A stretch of 32,000 bases of DNA from Geobacter sulfurreducens PCA (GCF_000007985.2 NC_002939.5:1950001-1982000), one strand, 5' to 3'; counted from the stretch's first letter, positions 1-9,736 are shown. Numbers and translations are program-made. The notes: generated from the letters alone by a model not told the origin.

Positions 1-532
1 TATTAAAACGGCCGGGAAGATTAGCACTTTCAGCGTGGCATCTGTAGCAAAGTTCGAACTCCGCCGTGACGGTCGAGATCAGATTGCCCACCCTGCGCCC
101 TTTGATTCCTGCAAATTTATTGGCGGGAGAAACATGATGAGGGTTGTGGCAATCCACGCAGACGGCGTGGCGAGGCATTCGCGGGTCCGCCTCCGGCAGG
201 GTCTCCCCACCCCGGTGGACCCCACGGACATCAAACGTTGGGTGCCGGAAAGGCTTGCGGAATTCATCCTCAATGTTCTTCATATCGGATTCACGGGGAG
301 CGAAACCTCTGGGCATGCCGGCATATTGACGGGTCAGCCGGGAAGGATCACCATGACAGACAATGCAGGTCTCGGGTCCACCTCCGTCTTTGAAATTGAA
401 CTTGAGGTGGCAGGTTGAACACCCTCGGGGCACTTTACTTCGATCGAGATGGACTCCCCCCGTGTAATCGGCAGCAAAGGCCGGCATGACCGAGAGCAGC
501 ACCAAGCAAATGAGAACTGCGGCTACCGGCAT
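1..532 (-). CDS. multihaem c-type cytochrome, N-terminal part (gene runs off the left edge of the window)
   Basis: Absent from the ORF track because no stop codon lies inside the window. Hand translation of the minus strand from the ATG at 532 gives MPVAAVLICLVLLSVMPAFAADYTGG..., a signal peptide. Four CXXCH haem motifs follow: CSTCH, CIVCH, CVDCH(NPH) and CYRCH. An AGGAG lies 5 nt upstream of the ATG. The gene starts 8 nt after the stop of the upstream cytochrome gene. Confidence 0.8.
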   Translation of the reverse strand, partial: MPVAAVLICLVLLSVMPAFAADYTGGVHLDRSKVPRGCSTCHLKFNFKDGGGPETCIVCHGDPSRLTRQYAGMPRGFAPRESDMKNIEDEFRKPFRHPTFDVRGVHRGGETLPEADPRMPRHAVCVDCHNPHHVSPANKFAGIKGRRVGNLISTVTAEFELCYRCHAESANLPGRFN

Positions 533-540
533 TGCATCTC

Positions 541-1380
541 CTAAGGATTTGGCGTCTTGAAACTGTGGCATGCGTAGCAGACTTCATCGTGAACGGTATC
601 GGCATTCACGGTTGATAGCCCCCGTCCGTCATAGGCCCAAAACGGTGTCAACGGGGGGGTATTTGTGTCGTAAAACTGACTCTGATGAGGATCATGACAG
701 GTGGTGCACTGCATGCGCTTTTCCTTGTCAAGTCTGACGAATTGCCTGGCCTTGTTGGTACCGGGCGCGCCCGGGCTTTCCTGGGACGGAGCGTCGGCCG
801 GCAACCAGTAATCTGATACCGGATTTTCCAGAGTTTTTAGGCGTGCAACCACTTCTGCGGTGTACTTGAATGAAACCGGGTGATGTGAATTGGTTATCTT
901 GGCGCGATCAAAGACATGGTCGCCGGTCATCTTCGTGTACATGCTGCCGTTGACCTCGATCGGTACCCCGGCAAGCACGGCCCCAAGAGCCGTGACCCCG
1001 TCGTGGCAGCTGAGGCAAAGTCTGGATGAGCCATTGGGCTCCGCAGCATAATCGCTGGCCGTGCGGGCGGTTGCATCCAGGTGGAGAGACAAGCTGCTCG
1101 ATGAATAGTGGCCGAAACTCTGGGTTGTGTCGCTGCGGTTCCAGAGCGTGGTCTGCGGGCGTGCATTATGGGGCGTGTGACAAAAGATACAGATCTGCCT
1201 GGCCCGCATATCGGTTGAATTGGTAGCTTTGAAATTAACGTTTGTGTTGGAATAGGAAAGGTTATGCTTGTTTCCGCCACCTGAATCGGTAAATTTGGGC
1301 CCGGGTGCCCCGTAATTCAGGCGGGCACTGCCCATGACGAGCGCTGTCACGAACATGACCCAAAAGATCCTCGTCATCAT
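541..1380 (-). CDS. secreted tetrahaem c-type cytochrome (paired/doubled CXXCH type)
   Basis: 279-aa ORF with an N-terminal signal peptide (MMTRIFWVMFVTALVMGSA). It has four CXXCH motifs: CIFCH(TPH), CLSCH, CTTCH(DPH) and CYACH. The start ATG overlaps the stop of the upstream NHL gene (ATGA at 1377-1380). Confidence 0.85.
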   Translation of the reverse strand: MMTRIFWVMFVTALVMGSARLNYGAPGPKFTDSGGGNKHNLSYSNTNVNFKATNSTDMRARQICIFCHTPHNARPQTTLWNRSDTTQSFGHYSSSSLSLHLDATARTASDYAAEPNGSSRLCLSCHDGVTALGAVLAGVPIEVNGSMYTKMTGDHVFDRAKITNSHHPVSFKYTAEVVARLKTLENPVSDYWLPADAPSQESPGAPGTNKARQFVRLDKEKRMQCTTCHDPHQSQFYDTNTPPLTPFWAYDGRGLSTVNADTVHDEVCYACHSFKTPNP

Positions 1381-2441
1381 CGATTTTCCTCTTTCAGGTA
1401 TTCGAATACCTGGACCCGCCGGTTGTACGAATCAGAGATGAAGATTCGATCGTTGCGATCGATATGAATGCCGCTCGGCATGTAAAACTCACCGCTTTTC
1501 TTGCCGGGTTTTCCAACGAAAAGGAGCAATTGCCCCTCCTGATTAAAAATCTGAAAATTGTCAAACGCGGCATCGATCACGTACACATTGAGGTCACTGT
1601 CGACTGCAACGCCACGGGGCCTCGCGAAAGAACCGGGAGCATCTCCTATTTCACCGATACTTCGGAGATAGCGACCGGCTGAATCATACACCTTGACCGT
1701 AAAATTCAAGGCATCGGTAACATAGACTTTATCGTCCTTATCAACGGCCACATGGGAGGGAAGGTTTAATTTACCCCCAATATCATCAGGGGGGAAATCT
1801 CCCAAGAAACGCCCACTCACGTTAAAAACTTTCAATTTATGTGCCAACACATCAACAACAAAAAGAACGCCTTTACTGTTCACGGCCAAACCGGCCGGTC
1901 TCTTGAAGTCGACCTGGCCATCAGCCAGGACACGCAAAAACTCTCCGTCACGGGAAAAAACGTACACTTTGGCATTGACCGAATCGCTGACGTACAGATC
2001 ACCTGAAGGGGAGAGGGCGAGTCCGACCGGGCTTGAGAGGAACTCATCGCCAGCCCGAACAATATAGGAAACCTTTTGCCGCGCCAGATCGATGCGATGA
2101 ACGACACCAGACGAGGAATCGGAAACAAACAAAAGCGTTCCGCCATCCGAGACAACCCCGTAGGGAGTTACAAAGGGAACATGCTTGAACTGCTCGCCGG
2201 TAACAAACTCAAGAAAACGGGCTATTGCTCCTGGTTCAGCCTTAACCTGCTCCGGCCCGGAAATTTCACGAAGAAATCGTATCCGGGCCGGATTAGGAGC
2301 AGGAGGCCAAGCCATATCCACCGATGGGTCTCGCAATGAGGCGGCGGGCAAGAACGACGGACCGCCGCACCCAACGATCATCAATGGTGATGCTAGCGCG
2401 AGCAACAATAGAAGAAGGAATACGCCACGGCTTAGTCTCAT
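1377..2441 (-). CDS. NHL-repeat six-bladed beta-propeller lipoprotein
   Basis: Six repeats spaced about 45 aa apart carry hydrophobic-x-D cores (LFVSDS, LYVSDS, LFVVDV, VYVTDA, VYVIDA, IFISDS), each followed by a V/I-x-V/I-F/Y strand. The signal peptide has a lipobox (LLLLALASPLMIVGC). The ORF is open back to an ATG at 2465. I prefer the ATG at 2441 (MRLSRG...) because it overlaps the stop of the preceding small ORF as ATGA and gives a canonical lipoprotein n-region. Confidence 0.85.
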   Translation of the reverse strand: MRLSRGVFLLLLLLALASPLMIVGCGGPSFLPAASLRDPSVDMAWPPAPNPARIRFLREISGPEQVKAEPGAIARFLEFVTGEQFKHVPFVTPYGVVSDGGTLLFVSDSSSGVVHRIDLARQKVSYIVRAGDEFLSSPVGLALSPSGDLYVSDSVNAKVYVFSRDGEFLRVLADGQVDFKRPAGLAVNSKGVLFVVDVLAHKLKVFNVSGRFLGDFPPDDIGGKLNLPSHVAVDKDDKVYVTDALNFTVKVYDSAGRYLRSIGEIGDAPGSFARPRGVAVDSDLNVYVIDAAFDNFQIFNQEGQLLLFVGKPGKKSGEFYMPSGIHIDRNDRIFISDSYNRRVQVFEYLKEENR

Positions 2442-2623
2442 GCCATTATCATCCCTGCTACCCATAACGCAAAGAGGAGCACTACGCTCCCCCCCCAGAT
2501 ACTCGCAGCCCTGCGATCAAAAACGCCTTCCGCGGGAAAGGCCCGCATAATGAACCCTATCATGGAACAAATCCATCCCCATAAACCGACCTGAGCGGCA
2601 AACGCCCATGTTACGTCGAGCAT
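2438..2623 (-). CDS. 61-aa two-transmembrane-helix microprotein
   Basis: There are two hydrophobic stretches, TWAFAAQVGLWGWICSMIGFIMRAF and IWGGSVVLLFALWVAGMIMA, separated by a charged loop (PAEGVFDRRAAS). A strong GGAGGA Shine-Dalgarno lies 5 nt upstream of the ATG. The gap from the GT2 stop is 9 nt. The stop TGA overlaps the ATG of the NHL gene. Confidence 0.6.
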   Translation of the reverse strand: MLDVTWAFAAQVGLWGWICSMIGFIMRAFPAEGVFDRRAASIWGGSVVLLFALWVAGMIMA

Positions 2624-2632
2624 ATCGTCCTC

Positions 2633-3352
2633 CTAGCGGAACAACGCCCCGAAAACAGAGCCGAGCTTGAGTTTCCACACCATGAACACGGCTTCACGTA
2701 CAATTTTCTTGGACATTTTTGAGCTGCCCGAACGCCGGTCGATGAAGATGATTGGGATTTCCCTAACCTGAAAACCTTTTTCCACGCACCGATAGTTCAT
2801 TTCAATCTGAAACGAGTAACCGTCAGAGCGAATAGTGCTCATATCGATCGATTCGATCACCCTACGGCGAAAACATTTGAACCCGCTTGTGCAATCCATG
2901 ATGCGCAAGCCGGTGATCAATCTCGTGTACCAGTTAGCGAAATAACTCAGCATGAGCCGACGGAGAGGCCAGTTGACCACGCTGATGCCGTTCAGATATC
3001 GAGAGCCGATGACCAGGTCACACCCCTCCATGGCCTCCAGGAACCGTGGCAGTGTTGCCGGGTCATGAGAATAATCGGCATCCATTTCGACAATGAAGTC
3101 GGCGTCCATGGCAAGTGCCGCGGCGAAGCCCTGGCGATACGCCGAGCCAAGGCCCATCTTGCCTGGACGGTGCAGCACATGAACCCGTCCCTTCCCCTCG
3201 GACAACCGGTCTACAATCTCTCCAGTGCCGTCCGGGGAGTTGTCGTCCACGACCAGCACGTGAATGTCCTTGTCCTGCGCCAGCACGTCGTTGATCAGTC
3301 GCTCGATCGTATCACGCTCATTGTACGTCGGAATGACGACAACGGTTCTCAA
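2633..3352 (-). CDS. family-2 glycosyltransferase, polyprenol-phosphate mannosyl/glucosyl-transferase (Dpm1/Ppm1-like), soluble form
   Basis: 239-aa ORF with the GT-A signature VVIPTYNE...VVDDNSPDGT and a second acidic motif, EMDADYSHDP. No TM helix is present. The start is TTG, with GGAGG 6 nt upstream. The reading frame is closed upstream by a TGA at 3401-3403. Confidence 0.85.
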   Translation of the reverse strand: MRTVVVIPTYNERDTIERLINDVLAQDKDIHVLVVDDNSPDGTGEIVDRLSEGKGRVHVLHRPGKMGLGSAYRQGFAAALAMDADFIVEMDADYSHDPATLPRFLEAMEGCDLVIGSRYLNGISVVNWPLRRLMLSYFANWYTRLITGLRIMDCTSGFKCFRRRVIESIDMSTIRSDGYSFQIEMNYRCVEKGFQVREIPIIFIDRRSGSSKMSKKIVREAVFMVWKLKLGSVFGALFR

Positions 3353-3449
3353 GTTGTGCCTCCAGATAATTGAATGAAAACCAGGTGAGGCAAACGCGCG
3401 TCATCGACCTCCATAAACGGCGCGCTCACATCTTCTTAATAATTAATGG

Positions 3450-3479
3450 ATAATAGCGGCCAATTCACACGCCCGTCAA
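3450..3479 (-). promoter_or_regulatory. candidate sigma70 promoter of the GT2-cytochrome operon
   Basis: Read on the minus strand: -35 TTGACG (3474-3479), an 18-nt spacer, then -10 TATTAT (3450-3455). It lies about 60 nt downstream of the tRNA-operon terminator (stem ends at 3549, U-tract runs to 3538) and about 95 nt upstream of the GT2 start. Confidence 0.4.
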
Positions 3480-3537
3480 GGAAAACACCCTTCCGAAGTA
3501 CTACCTGCCGCGAACCATCCCAGATCTTACTGCGATT

Positions 3538-3567
3538 CAAAACAAAAAGGCCATGCAAAGCATGACC
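3538..3567 (-). terminator. rho-independent terminator after tRNA-Asp
   Basis: Minus-strand RNA reads GGUCAUGC-UUU-GCAUGGCC, an 8-bp stem with one G-U pair. It is flanked by an A-run and followed by UUUUUGUUUUG. It begins 10 nt after the tRNA 3' end. Confidence 0.65.
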
Positions 3568-3577
3568 TTTTTGTTAA

Positions 3578-3654
<77 letters not shown>

Positions 3655-3713
3655 ATTCGTTATATTCAGTTAGAGTAGCCACTACTTCGACAACGACTAC
3701 CTTGAAGCATATA

Positions 3714-3789
3714 TGGTGGGCGAAGAGGGGATCGAACCCCCGACATCCAGCTTGTAAGGCTGGCGCTCTCCCAGCTGAGCTATTCGCCC
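3714..3789 (-). tRNA. tRNA-Val(TAC): tRNA-Val (anticodon TAC), CCA encoded
   Basis: The reverse complement is GGGCGAATAGCTCAGCTGGGAGAGC... The anticodon stem is CCAGC/GCTGG and the loop is CUUACAA. The T-arm is GGGGGTTCGATCCCC. Confidence 0.9.
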
Positions 3790-3800
3790 TTCTTAATTAA

Positions 3801-3877
<77 letters not shown>

Positions 3878-3969
3878 GTTTTCAGCATAAATTGTAGGTA
3901 TAAATGGACAGCAACTTATCAATTTTACAGCCAAATATTGACTTATTGCCGCCTCGAAACGAGACATAA

Positions 3970-3999
3970 CTTATAACAGAGACCTCACAGAGGTGTCAA
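3970..3999 (-). promoter_or_regulatory. candidate sigma70 promoter for the tRNA Asp-Val-Asp operon
   Basis: Minus strand: -35 TTGACA (3994-3999), an 18-nt spacer, then -10 TATAAG (3970-3975). It sits just after the lon stop, with an A-rich tract upstream. It would give a leader of about 85 nt before the first tRNA. A weaker alternative lies nearer the tRNA (TTGATA ... TACAAT region, 3885-3925). Confidence 0.3.
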
Positions 4000-4016
4000 G
4001 CGCTTTTTTCCACGCG

Positions 4017-6440
4017 TCAGTGGGCAGTAACGGTTTCCTGTTCAGATATCGCCGGATGCCCCTCCGAGGCGAGGTAGGGAGCTCCACTTGAAACGCCTTC
4101 AGCCAAGAGCGCCCGGGAAAGCACTTCGTCCATATGACGGGCTGGAACGATAGTAAGCCCCACCGTAACCTCCCGTGGGATTTCCGCCAGATCCTTTTTA
4201 TTTTCCTCTGGGATGACAACCGTGGAAATTCCACCTCGCCCCGCGGCCAGGAGTTTTTCCTTGAGGCCCCCGATGGCAAGCACATTACCGCGGAGAGTAA
4301 TCTCACCCGTCATGGCAAGATCGTGCCGAACCGGCCGGCCAGTTAGAGCAGACACTATCGCCGTAGCCATGGTAATGCCGGCCGAGGGGCCATCCTTGGG
4401 GATTGCTCCTTCCGGCACGTGAATATGTATGTCCGCCTTCTTGTGAAACTCTTTATCAATACCCAGGATCTGCGCCCGCGAACGCACATAGGTCATGGCC
4501 GCCTGTGCCGACTCCTGCATGACCTCCCCCAGCTTCCCGGTAATGAGGAGCTTTCCGGTGCCGGGCACAATCGCCACCTCAATGGTAAGCAGGTCCCCGC
4601 CGACTTCGGTCCAGGCAAGACCCGTTGCGTAGCCGGGAGCATCTTTGTCCTCTGCCGTCCCGATCCGGTACTTGCGAGGCCCCAGGAACCCAGACAGATT
4701 CTTGGGCTGAATTACAATCTTCTTTTTCTCGCCCTTGACCACACGATGAGCCGCCTTGCGACAGAGCGTCGCAATATCGCGCTCCAGATTGCGCACGCCA
4801 GCCTCGCGGGTGTAATAGCGAATTATTTCACTGACCGCCTTTCCGGAGATGCTGATCTGTTGTTCAGAAAGCCCATTGGCTGCCATCTGTTTACCAACGA
4901 GATAGCGCTCGGCAATAGCAAGTTTTTCATGCTCGGTGTAGCCCTCAAGGCGAATCACCTCCATCCGGTCGAGCAGGGGACGGGGAATCGAATGCGTCGA
5001 GTTGGCCGTGGCAATGAACATGACGTGGGAAAGATCATACTCCACATCAAGAAAATGATCGCTGAAATGGGCATTCTGCTCCGGGTCGAGAACCTCAAGC
5101 AGTGCCGACGCCGGATCACCCCTGAAATCGGAGCTCATTTTGTCAATCTCGTCCAGCAAAAATACAGGGTTGTTACTTCCCGCCTTTTTGAGGTTCTGGA
5201 TGATCTTGCCGGGCATGGCTCCAACATAGGTACGGCGGTGGCCCCGGATCTCCGCTTCGTCACGCATTCCACCGAGCGACATTTTGACAAAATGACGACC
5301 GGTTGCCGTGGCGATTGATCGGGCAAGTGAAGTTTTACCCACCCCGGGGGGACCAACCAGACAGAGAATAGGTCCCTTCAACTTCTTAACGAGCGCCTGG
5401 ACGGAGAGATACTCCAATATACGCTCCTTGACCTTTTCAAGACCGTAATGGTCAGCGTTCAAAACCTCTTCAGCGCCGATGATGTCATGCTTTTCGCGAG
5501 TCATCTTCGCCCACGGAAGTGATACAAGCCAGTCGACGTAGTTTCTCACCACAGCAGCTTCGGCAGACGCAGGCGACATGAGCTTCAGTTTTTTGAGTTC
5601 TGCAAGGGCCTTTTGTCGGGCTTCCTTGGACAACTTCCCTTTGGTTGCCTTGTTCTCCAGTTCAAGGAGTTCCTGCCTGAAGTCGTCTTTGGTTCCCAAC
5701 TCCTTCTGGATGGCTCGCATCTGCTCGTTCAGATAATATTCTTTCTGGTTCTTCTCCATCTGCTTCTTGACACGGGTCCGGATTTTATTCTCCAGTTGGA
5801 GAATCTCCAATTCGGCCTCCATGAAAGACAAGAGCTTCTCCAGTCGCTCATGGGGAGTCATTATACCAAGTAGCAGCTGCTTGTCGGAAAGCTTGAGATT
5901 AAGATGGGGTGCCAGCGTATCGGCAAGCTTGCCGGGCTCAACAATTCCCCCAACAGCACTGACCACTTCCTGCGGAATGCCCTTGGTCAGCTTCACATAG
6001 CCTTCAAACACCGATTTGGTGCTCCGAATAAGGGCTTCAAGTTCGGGGTTTGCTTCAAGAGACTCAAGATACGGCTGTATTTCAGCCATGAAGTAGTCGG
6101 GGTTAGGTAGAAAGGAGACAAGACTGCCCCGCTGCTTGCCCTCCACCAACACCTTGACTGTACCGTCGGGGAGCTTCAGCAGTTGTATGATCTGTGAGAT
6201 GGTACCAGTTGTGTAGATATCCTCCTGGCGGGGATCTTCCGTTTTGGCATTTCTCTGTGCGGCGAGAAAAATCATCCTGTTGCCGTTCATGGCCGCCTCA
6301 AGGGCAGAGATCGAACGCTCTCGCCCCACAAAAAGAGGAACTACCATGTGCGGAAAAACAACAATGTCCCTTAACGGTAAAAGAGGGAATCTTTGCAGAT
6401 CCCCTCTTTCCAGGCTTTCTATACTATGGTCGACGCTCAT
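4017..6440 (-). CDS. lon: ATP-dependent Lon protease
   Basis: 807-aa ORF with a Lon N-terminal substrate domain ([24 protein letters not shown]). AAA+ Walker A is GPPGVGKTS. The protease domain has the catalytic serine context PKDGPSAG and the lysine context GGLKEK. Confidence 0.97.
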   Translation of the reverse strand: MSVDHSIESLERGDLQRFPLLPLRDIVVFPHMVVPLFVGRERSISALEAAMNGNRMIFLAAQRNAKTEDPRQEDIYTTGTISQIIQLLKLPDGTVKVLVEGKQRGSLVSFLPNPDYFMAEIQPYLESLEANPELEALIRSTKSVFEGYVKLTKGIPQEVVSAVGGIVEPGKLADTLAPHLNLKLSDKQLLLGIMTPHERLEKLLSFMEAELEILQLENKIRTRVKKQMEKNQKEYYLNEQMRAIQKELGTKDDFRQELLELENKATKGKLSKEARQKALAELKKLKLMSPASAEAAVVRNYVDWLVSLPWAKMTREKHDIIGAEEVLNADHYGLEKVKERILEYLSVQALVKKLKGPILCLVGPPGVGKTSLARSIATATGRHFVKMSLGGMRDEAEIRGHRRTYVGAMPGKIIQNLKKAGSNNPVFLLDEIDKMSSDFRGDPASALLEVLDPEQNAHFSDHFLDVEYDLSHVMFIATANSTHSIPRPLLDRMEVIRLEGYTEHEKLAIAERYLVGKQMAANGLSEQQISISGKAVSEIIRYYTREAGVRNLERDIATLCRKAAHRVVKGEKKKIVIQPKNLSGFLGPRKYRIGTAEDKDAPGYATGLAWTEVGGDLLTIEVAIVPGTGKLLITGKLGEVMQESAQAAMTYVRSRAQILGIDKEFHKKADIHIHVPEGAIPKDGPSAGITMATAIVSALTGRPVRHDLAMTGEITLRGNVLAIGGLKEKLLAAGRGGISTVVIPEENKKDLAEIPREVTVGLTIVPARHMDEVLSRALLAEGVSSGAPYLASEGHPAISEQETVTAH

Positions 6441-6454
6441 TGGGTCCTTTGCAG

Positions 6455-7708
6455 TCAGGCTGACTCAGCCACATTTTCATAAACAATGATCGGCTTTTCC
6501 TTGTTGTAGATGACATCTTCGTTGATGACCACTTCTTTAACCATGGTTTGCGATGGAATTTCATACATGATGTCAAGCATGGCGTTCTCAAGGATCGACC
6601 GGAGTCCGCGGGCGCCCGTCTTACGCTTGAGCGCTTCCCGGGATATGGCGACCAGAGAACCGTCGGTAAACTTGAGCTTCACATGCTCCATTTCGAACAG
6701 CTTCTGGTATTGCTTGATAAGCGCGTTTTTCGGCTCCTTCAGGATCTGGACCATAGCGGTTTCATCCAGTTCGCGCAGGGTAGCGAGGACGGGCAGACGA
6801 CCGATGAATTCTGGGATGAAACCGAACTTGAGAAGGTCTTCAGGGGTAACTTCCGTGAGAAGCTCTCCTGCTCTCTTCTCGACTTTGCTCTTTACGTCAG
6901 CACCGAAACCGAGCTTTTTCACACCGATACGCTGCTGAATAATGCTGTCGAGCCCCGCGAACGCGCCGCCGCAGATAAACAGAATATTCGTGGTATCGAC
7001 CTTCAAAAACTCTTGCTGCGGGTGCTTGCGTCCTCCCTTGGGAGGAACGCTGGCGACGGTTCCTTCAATAATTTTCAACAGCGCCTGCTGCACCCCTTCC
7101 CCCGACACATCCCGGGTGATGGATGGAGAATCGGATTTACGGGCTATCTTGTCAATTTCGTCGATATAGATGATACCCTTCTGGGCCCGTTCTACATCAT
7201 AGTCGGCAGCCTGAAGAAGATTGAGAATGATATTCTCGACATCTTCCCCCACATAGCCGGCTTCAGTGAGGTTTGTAGCATCCGCCATGGCGAACGGAAC
7301 TTTCAGTATCCGGGCCAGGGTCTGAGCCAACAGGGTCTTGCCGGAGCCAGTAGGTCCAAGCAGAAGAATGTTGCTCTTCTGCATCTCTACATCGCTCGGC
7401 TTGCCCATGGACTCTATGCGCTTGTAGTGATTGTAAACAGCGACGGCGAGGACTTTTTTCGCTTGGTCCTGGCCAATCACGTATTCGTCGAGAACATCCT
7501 TGATTTCACGGGGTTTGGGAAGCTTCTTGACATCGGGCCCCATGGCCTCTTCAAGCTTCGACTCCTCGGCAATAATATCATTACAGAGTTCGATGCACTC
7601 GTCGCAAATATATACCGTTGGTCCGGCAATGAGCTTTTTTACTTCATCCTGGCTCTTACCACAAAAGGAGCAGGTGAGATTGTCGCTGCCGTCGTTTCTC
7701 CTACTCAC
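6455..7708 (-). CDS. clpX: ATP-dependent Clp protease ATP-binding subunit ClpX
   Basis: 417-aa ORF with an N-terminal zinc-binding domain (CSFCGK...CDEC) and Walker A GPTGSGKT. The start is GTG, with GGAGG 6 nt upstream. It overlaps the clpP stop (GTGA at 7705-7708). Confidence 0.97.
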   Translation of the reverse strand: MSRRNDGSDNLTCSFCGKSQDEVKKLIAGPTVYICDECIELCNDIIAEESKLEEAMGPDVKKLPKPREIKDVLDEYVIGQDQAKKVLAVAVYNHYKRIESMGKPSDVEMQKSNILLLGPTGSGKTLLAQTLARILKVPFAMADATNLTEAGYVGEDVENIILNLLQAADYDVERAQKGIIYIDEIDKIARKSDSPSITRDVSGEGVQQALLKIIEGTVASVPPKGGRKHPQQEFLKVDTTNILFICGGAFAGLDSIIQQRIGVKKLGFGADVKSKVEKRAGELLTEVTPEDLLKFGFIPEFIGRLPVLATLRELDETAMVQILKEPKNALIKQYQKLFEMEHVKLKFTDGSLVAISREALKRKTGARGLRSILENAMLDIMYEIPSQTMVKEVVINEDVIYNKEKPIIVYENVAESA

Positions 7709-8304
7709 CGAGTACCTCCGCTGGGAGTATTGCGCTCAATTATGTTATCAATGATACCATAGTCCTTCGCCTCCGCTCCAGACATAAAATAGTCGCGCTC
7801 GGTATCGGCTTCAACCTTGGCCAGTTGCTGCCCTGTATTTTCGGCAAGAATCTCGTTCAGCCGTTTTTTAAGCTTCAGAATTTCCTGGGCATGAATATGA
7901 ATATCCGTTGCCTGACCCTGGAATCCACCTAAAGGCTGATGGATCATAATCCGGGAATGCTTCAAGCTGAAACGCTTTCCCTTCTCCCCGCCCGACAAAA
8001 GCAACGCCCCCATTGAAGCGGCCTGCCCCACGCAAATTGTCGACACGGGTGCTTTTATGTACTGCATGGTGTCGTAGATGGCCATACCCGATGTTACAAC
8101 GCCGCCCGGCGAGTTGATGTACAGATGGATATCCTTGTCCGGATCCTCGGCCTCGAGAAAAAGCATCTGGGCTATGACCAGATTCGCAACGTGGTCGTCA
8201 ACGGGGCCGCCAAGAAAGATAATGCGATCCTTCAGGAGCCTCGAATAAATATCGTAGGAACGTTCACCCCTACCCGTTTGTTCGACCACTATCGGTACAA
8301 GCAT
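7705..8304 (-). CDS. clpP: ATP-dependent Clp protease proteolytic subunit ClpP
   Basis: The catalytic contexts are GQAASMGA (Ser), MIHQP (His) and TERD (Asp). The track ORF starts at a GTG at 8322. I prefer the ATG at 8304 ([10 protein letters not shown]...), which has GGAGG 4 nt upstream. Confidence 0.95.
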   Translation of the reverse strand: MLVPIVVEQTGRGERSYDIYSRLLKDRIIFLGGPVDDHVANLVIAQMLFLEAEDPDKDIHLYINSPGGVVTSGMAIYDTMQYIKAPVSTICVGQAASMGALLLSGGEKGKRFSLKHSRIMIHQPLGGFQGQATDIHIHAQEILKLKKRLNEILAENTGQQLAKVEADTERDYFMSGAEAKDYGIIDNIIERNTPSGGTR

Positions 8305-8325
8305 GTTGCCTCCTCGCTCCACAGG

Positions 8326-9621
8326 TTACTCTTTCGTCTTCTCGCTGATTACTGCGCTACCCAGAAGAAACGACATGACCTTCTCCTCGGCCAAGTGCGC
8401 TACAAGATTTTCCCGTGCCGCACGATTCTGCTCGTAAAAGCTCTTTACGCGGCCGAGCTCCTCCTCGTTGCCTCCTGCAATTTCCAGCAGTTTTTTCTCG
8501 ATGTCAGCCTCTTCGACCGAAATTCCTTCTTTTTTGGCAACGGCTTCAAGAAGAAGCGAACCCTTGACCTGGTTCTCAGCAACGGTACGGTACTGGGCCT
8601 TGAACGACTCCTCGTTCATTCCCATCATTTCGAAGGTAAGCCGCTGCTGGGCAAGCCTGTTCTGTGCGTTGGCCAGCATGGTCTGCAGTTGCCGGTCCAC
8701 AAGCGTCGAAGGAACCTCTATTTCGTTTTTCTCAATGAGCGCCTGCACGACCCGATCCTGAAGGTCTGCTTTAATCCGGTCGTTTTCCTGCTTCTCGTAC
8801 AGTTCAGCAATCTTGTCCCTCAGTTGGGTGATGGTATCGAACTCTCCCATCTGAGCGGCAAACTCATCATTCAGCTCAGGGAGCTCTTTGACCTTGATCT
8901 CACTCAGGATCACGTCAAATCGGGCCTCTTTGCCGGCAAGATCTTTGTTCCAGTAGTCCTCAGGAAAGTTCAGCGACATTGATTTCGACTCGCCGGTCTT
9001 CATACCCACGATCTGTTCTTCAAAACCGGGAATAAATCGGCCGGAACCGAGTTCAAGCTGGTAACTCTCGGCAGAGCCGCCTTCAAACGGAACACCGTCG
9101 ACGTAACCGGTAAAGTCAATGACGGCGAAGTGCCCATCTTCAGCCACTGATCCCTCTTCCAGAGACCTCAGGTGAGACATGTTCTCACGCATTTCCTGCA
9201 GTCTCTTCTCAACAATCGACTCATCGGGCGTGAAGGTTTCCTTGGCAACCTCAAGTCCGTTGTAGTCCTTTACGTCGATTTCGGGGAGAACTTCGACCGT
9301 AGCGGAGTAGGTAAACGGAGTTCCGCGCTTTATTTCGTCGCTGTCAATTACTGGATGGGAAACGGGAAAGATTTTGTGCTCGGCAAGCGCCTTGAAATAC
9401 GTCTCCTCGAACAGATTCTTCAGCACGTCACCTTCCATGACGTCTGCATAATGCTTTTCAATGAGTGACTGGGGGGCTTTGCCTTTACGGAAGCCCTTAA
9501 TGGCCGCGCGCTTGCGGATCTTTTCAAAAACCTTGTCTATCTCGGACGTAACGCGGTCCGCCGGAATCTCAAAGGAAATTTTCTTTTTGACGCTGCTGAG
9601 CGACTCGACAGTGCTGGTCAT
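8326..9621 (-). CDS. tig: trigger factor (ribosome-associated chaperone / PPIase)
   Basis: 431-aa ORF with the N-terminal ribosome-binding signature GFRKGKAP. It has a central FKBP-type region and an acidic helical C-terminal domain. It lies directly upstream of clpP-clpX-lon. Confidence 0.95.
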   Translation of the reverse strand: MTSTVESLSSVKKKISFEIPADRVTSEIDKVFEKIRKRAAIKGFRKGKAPQSLIEKHYADVMEGDVLKNLFEETYFKALAEHKIFPVSHPVIDSDEIKRGTPFTYSATVEVLPEIDVKDYNGLEVAKETFTPDESIVEKRLQEMRENMSHLRSLEEGSVAEDGHFAVIDFTGYVDGVPFEGGSAESYQLELGSGRFIPGFEEQIVGMKTGESKSMSLNFPEDYWNKDLAGKEARFDVILSEIKVKELPELNDEFAAQMGEFDTITQLRDKIAELYEKQENDRIKADLQDRVVQALIEKNEIEVPSTLVDRQLQTMLANAQNRLAQQRLTFEMMGMNEESFKAQYRTVAENQVKGSLLLEAVAKKEGISVEEADIEKKLLEIAGGNEEELGRVKSFYEQNRAARENLVAHLAEEKVMSFLLGSAVISEKTKE

Positions 9622-9736
9622 CGTTCAACCTCTCTCCATTGGGGTAGTGTTAATATGATTATTAATCGGACGGGATAGTGGGCAAGAAAACAACAATCTC
9701 CGGGCGGGTAATTAAGAAAGCCACACATGTTTGAAT

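Noticed and set aside
35-418. 127-aa plus-strand ORF at the left edge (with nested 61-64-aa ORFs)
   Set aside because: It lies antisense to a minus-strand frame that encodes a signal peptide and four CXXCH haem motifs. It has no SD and no recognisable motifs, so it is an antisense shadow of the cytochrome gene.
3349-3414. 21-codon upstream ORF (MEVDDARLPHLVFIQLSGGTT) whose TGA overlaps the TTG start of the GT2 gene. It sits within a hairpin-containing 5' UTR (3385-3429).
   Set aside because: There is no SD before its ATG. The TTGA overlap follows automatically from the GT2 second codon (AGA), and the peptide has no features. It is kept only as a remote leader-peptide possibility. The UTR hairpin (GUGAGCGCG...CGCGC...UCAC) is imperfect.
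6548-7762. Long plus-strand ORFs antisense to housekeeping genes: 404 aa over clpX, and also 4419-5318, 8125-8982, 19608-21305 (565 aa), 23762-24676, 24417-25388, 28847-29743 and 30463-31530
   Set aside because: Each lies fully opposite a minus-strand gene with unmistakable family motifs. Their translations are low-complexity (rich in L, R, G, V, D) with no motifs, which is typical of stop-poor antisense frames in GC-rich, codon-biased genes. None has a credible SD.
9619-9728. 36-codon ORF in the tRNA-Leu to tig spacer, ending in the ATGA of the tig start
   Set aside because: Its ATG lies 9 nt after the tRNA 3' end with no SD. The overlap follows automatically from the tig second codon (ACC). 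The sequence is more plausibly the tig promoter and leader (weak TTGCCC-16 nt-AATAAT at 9658-9685).
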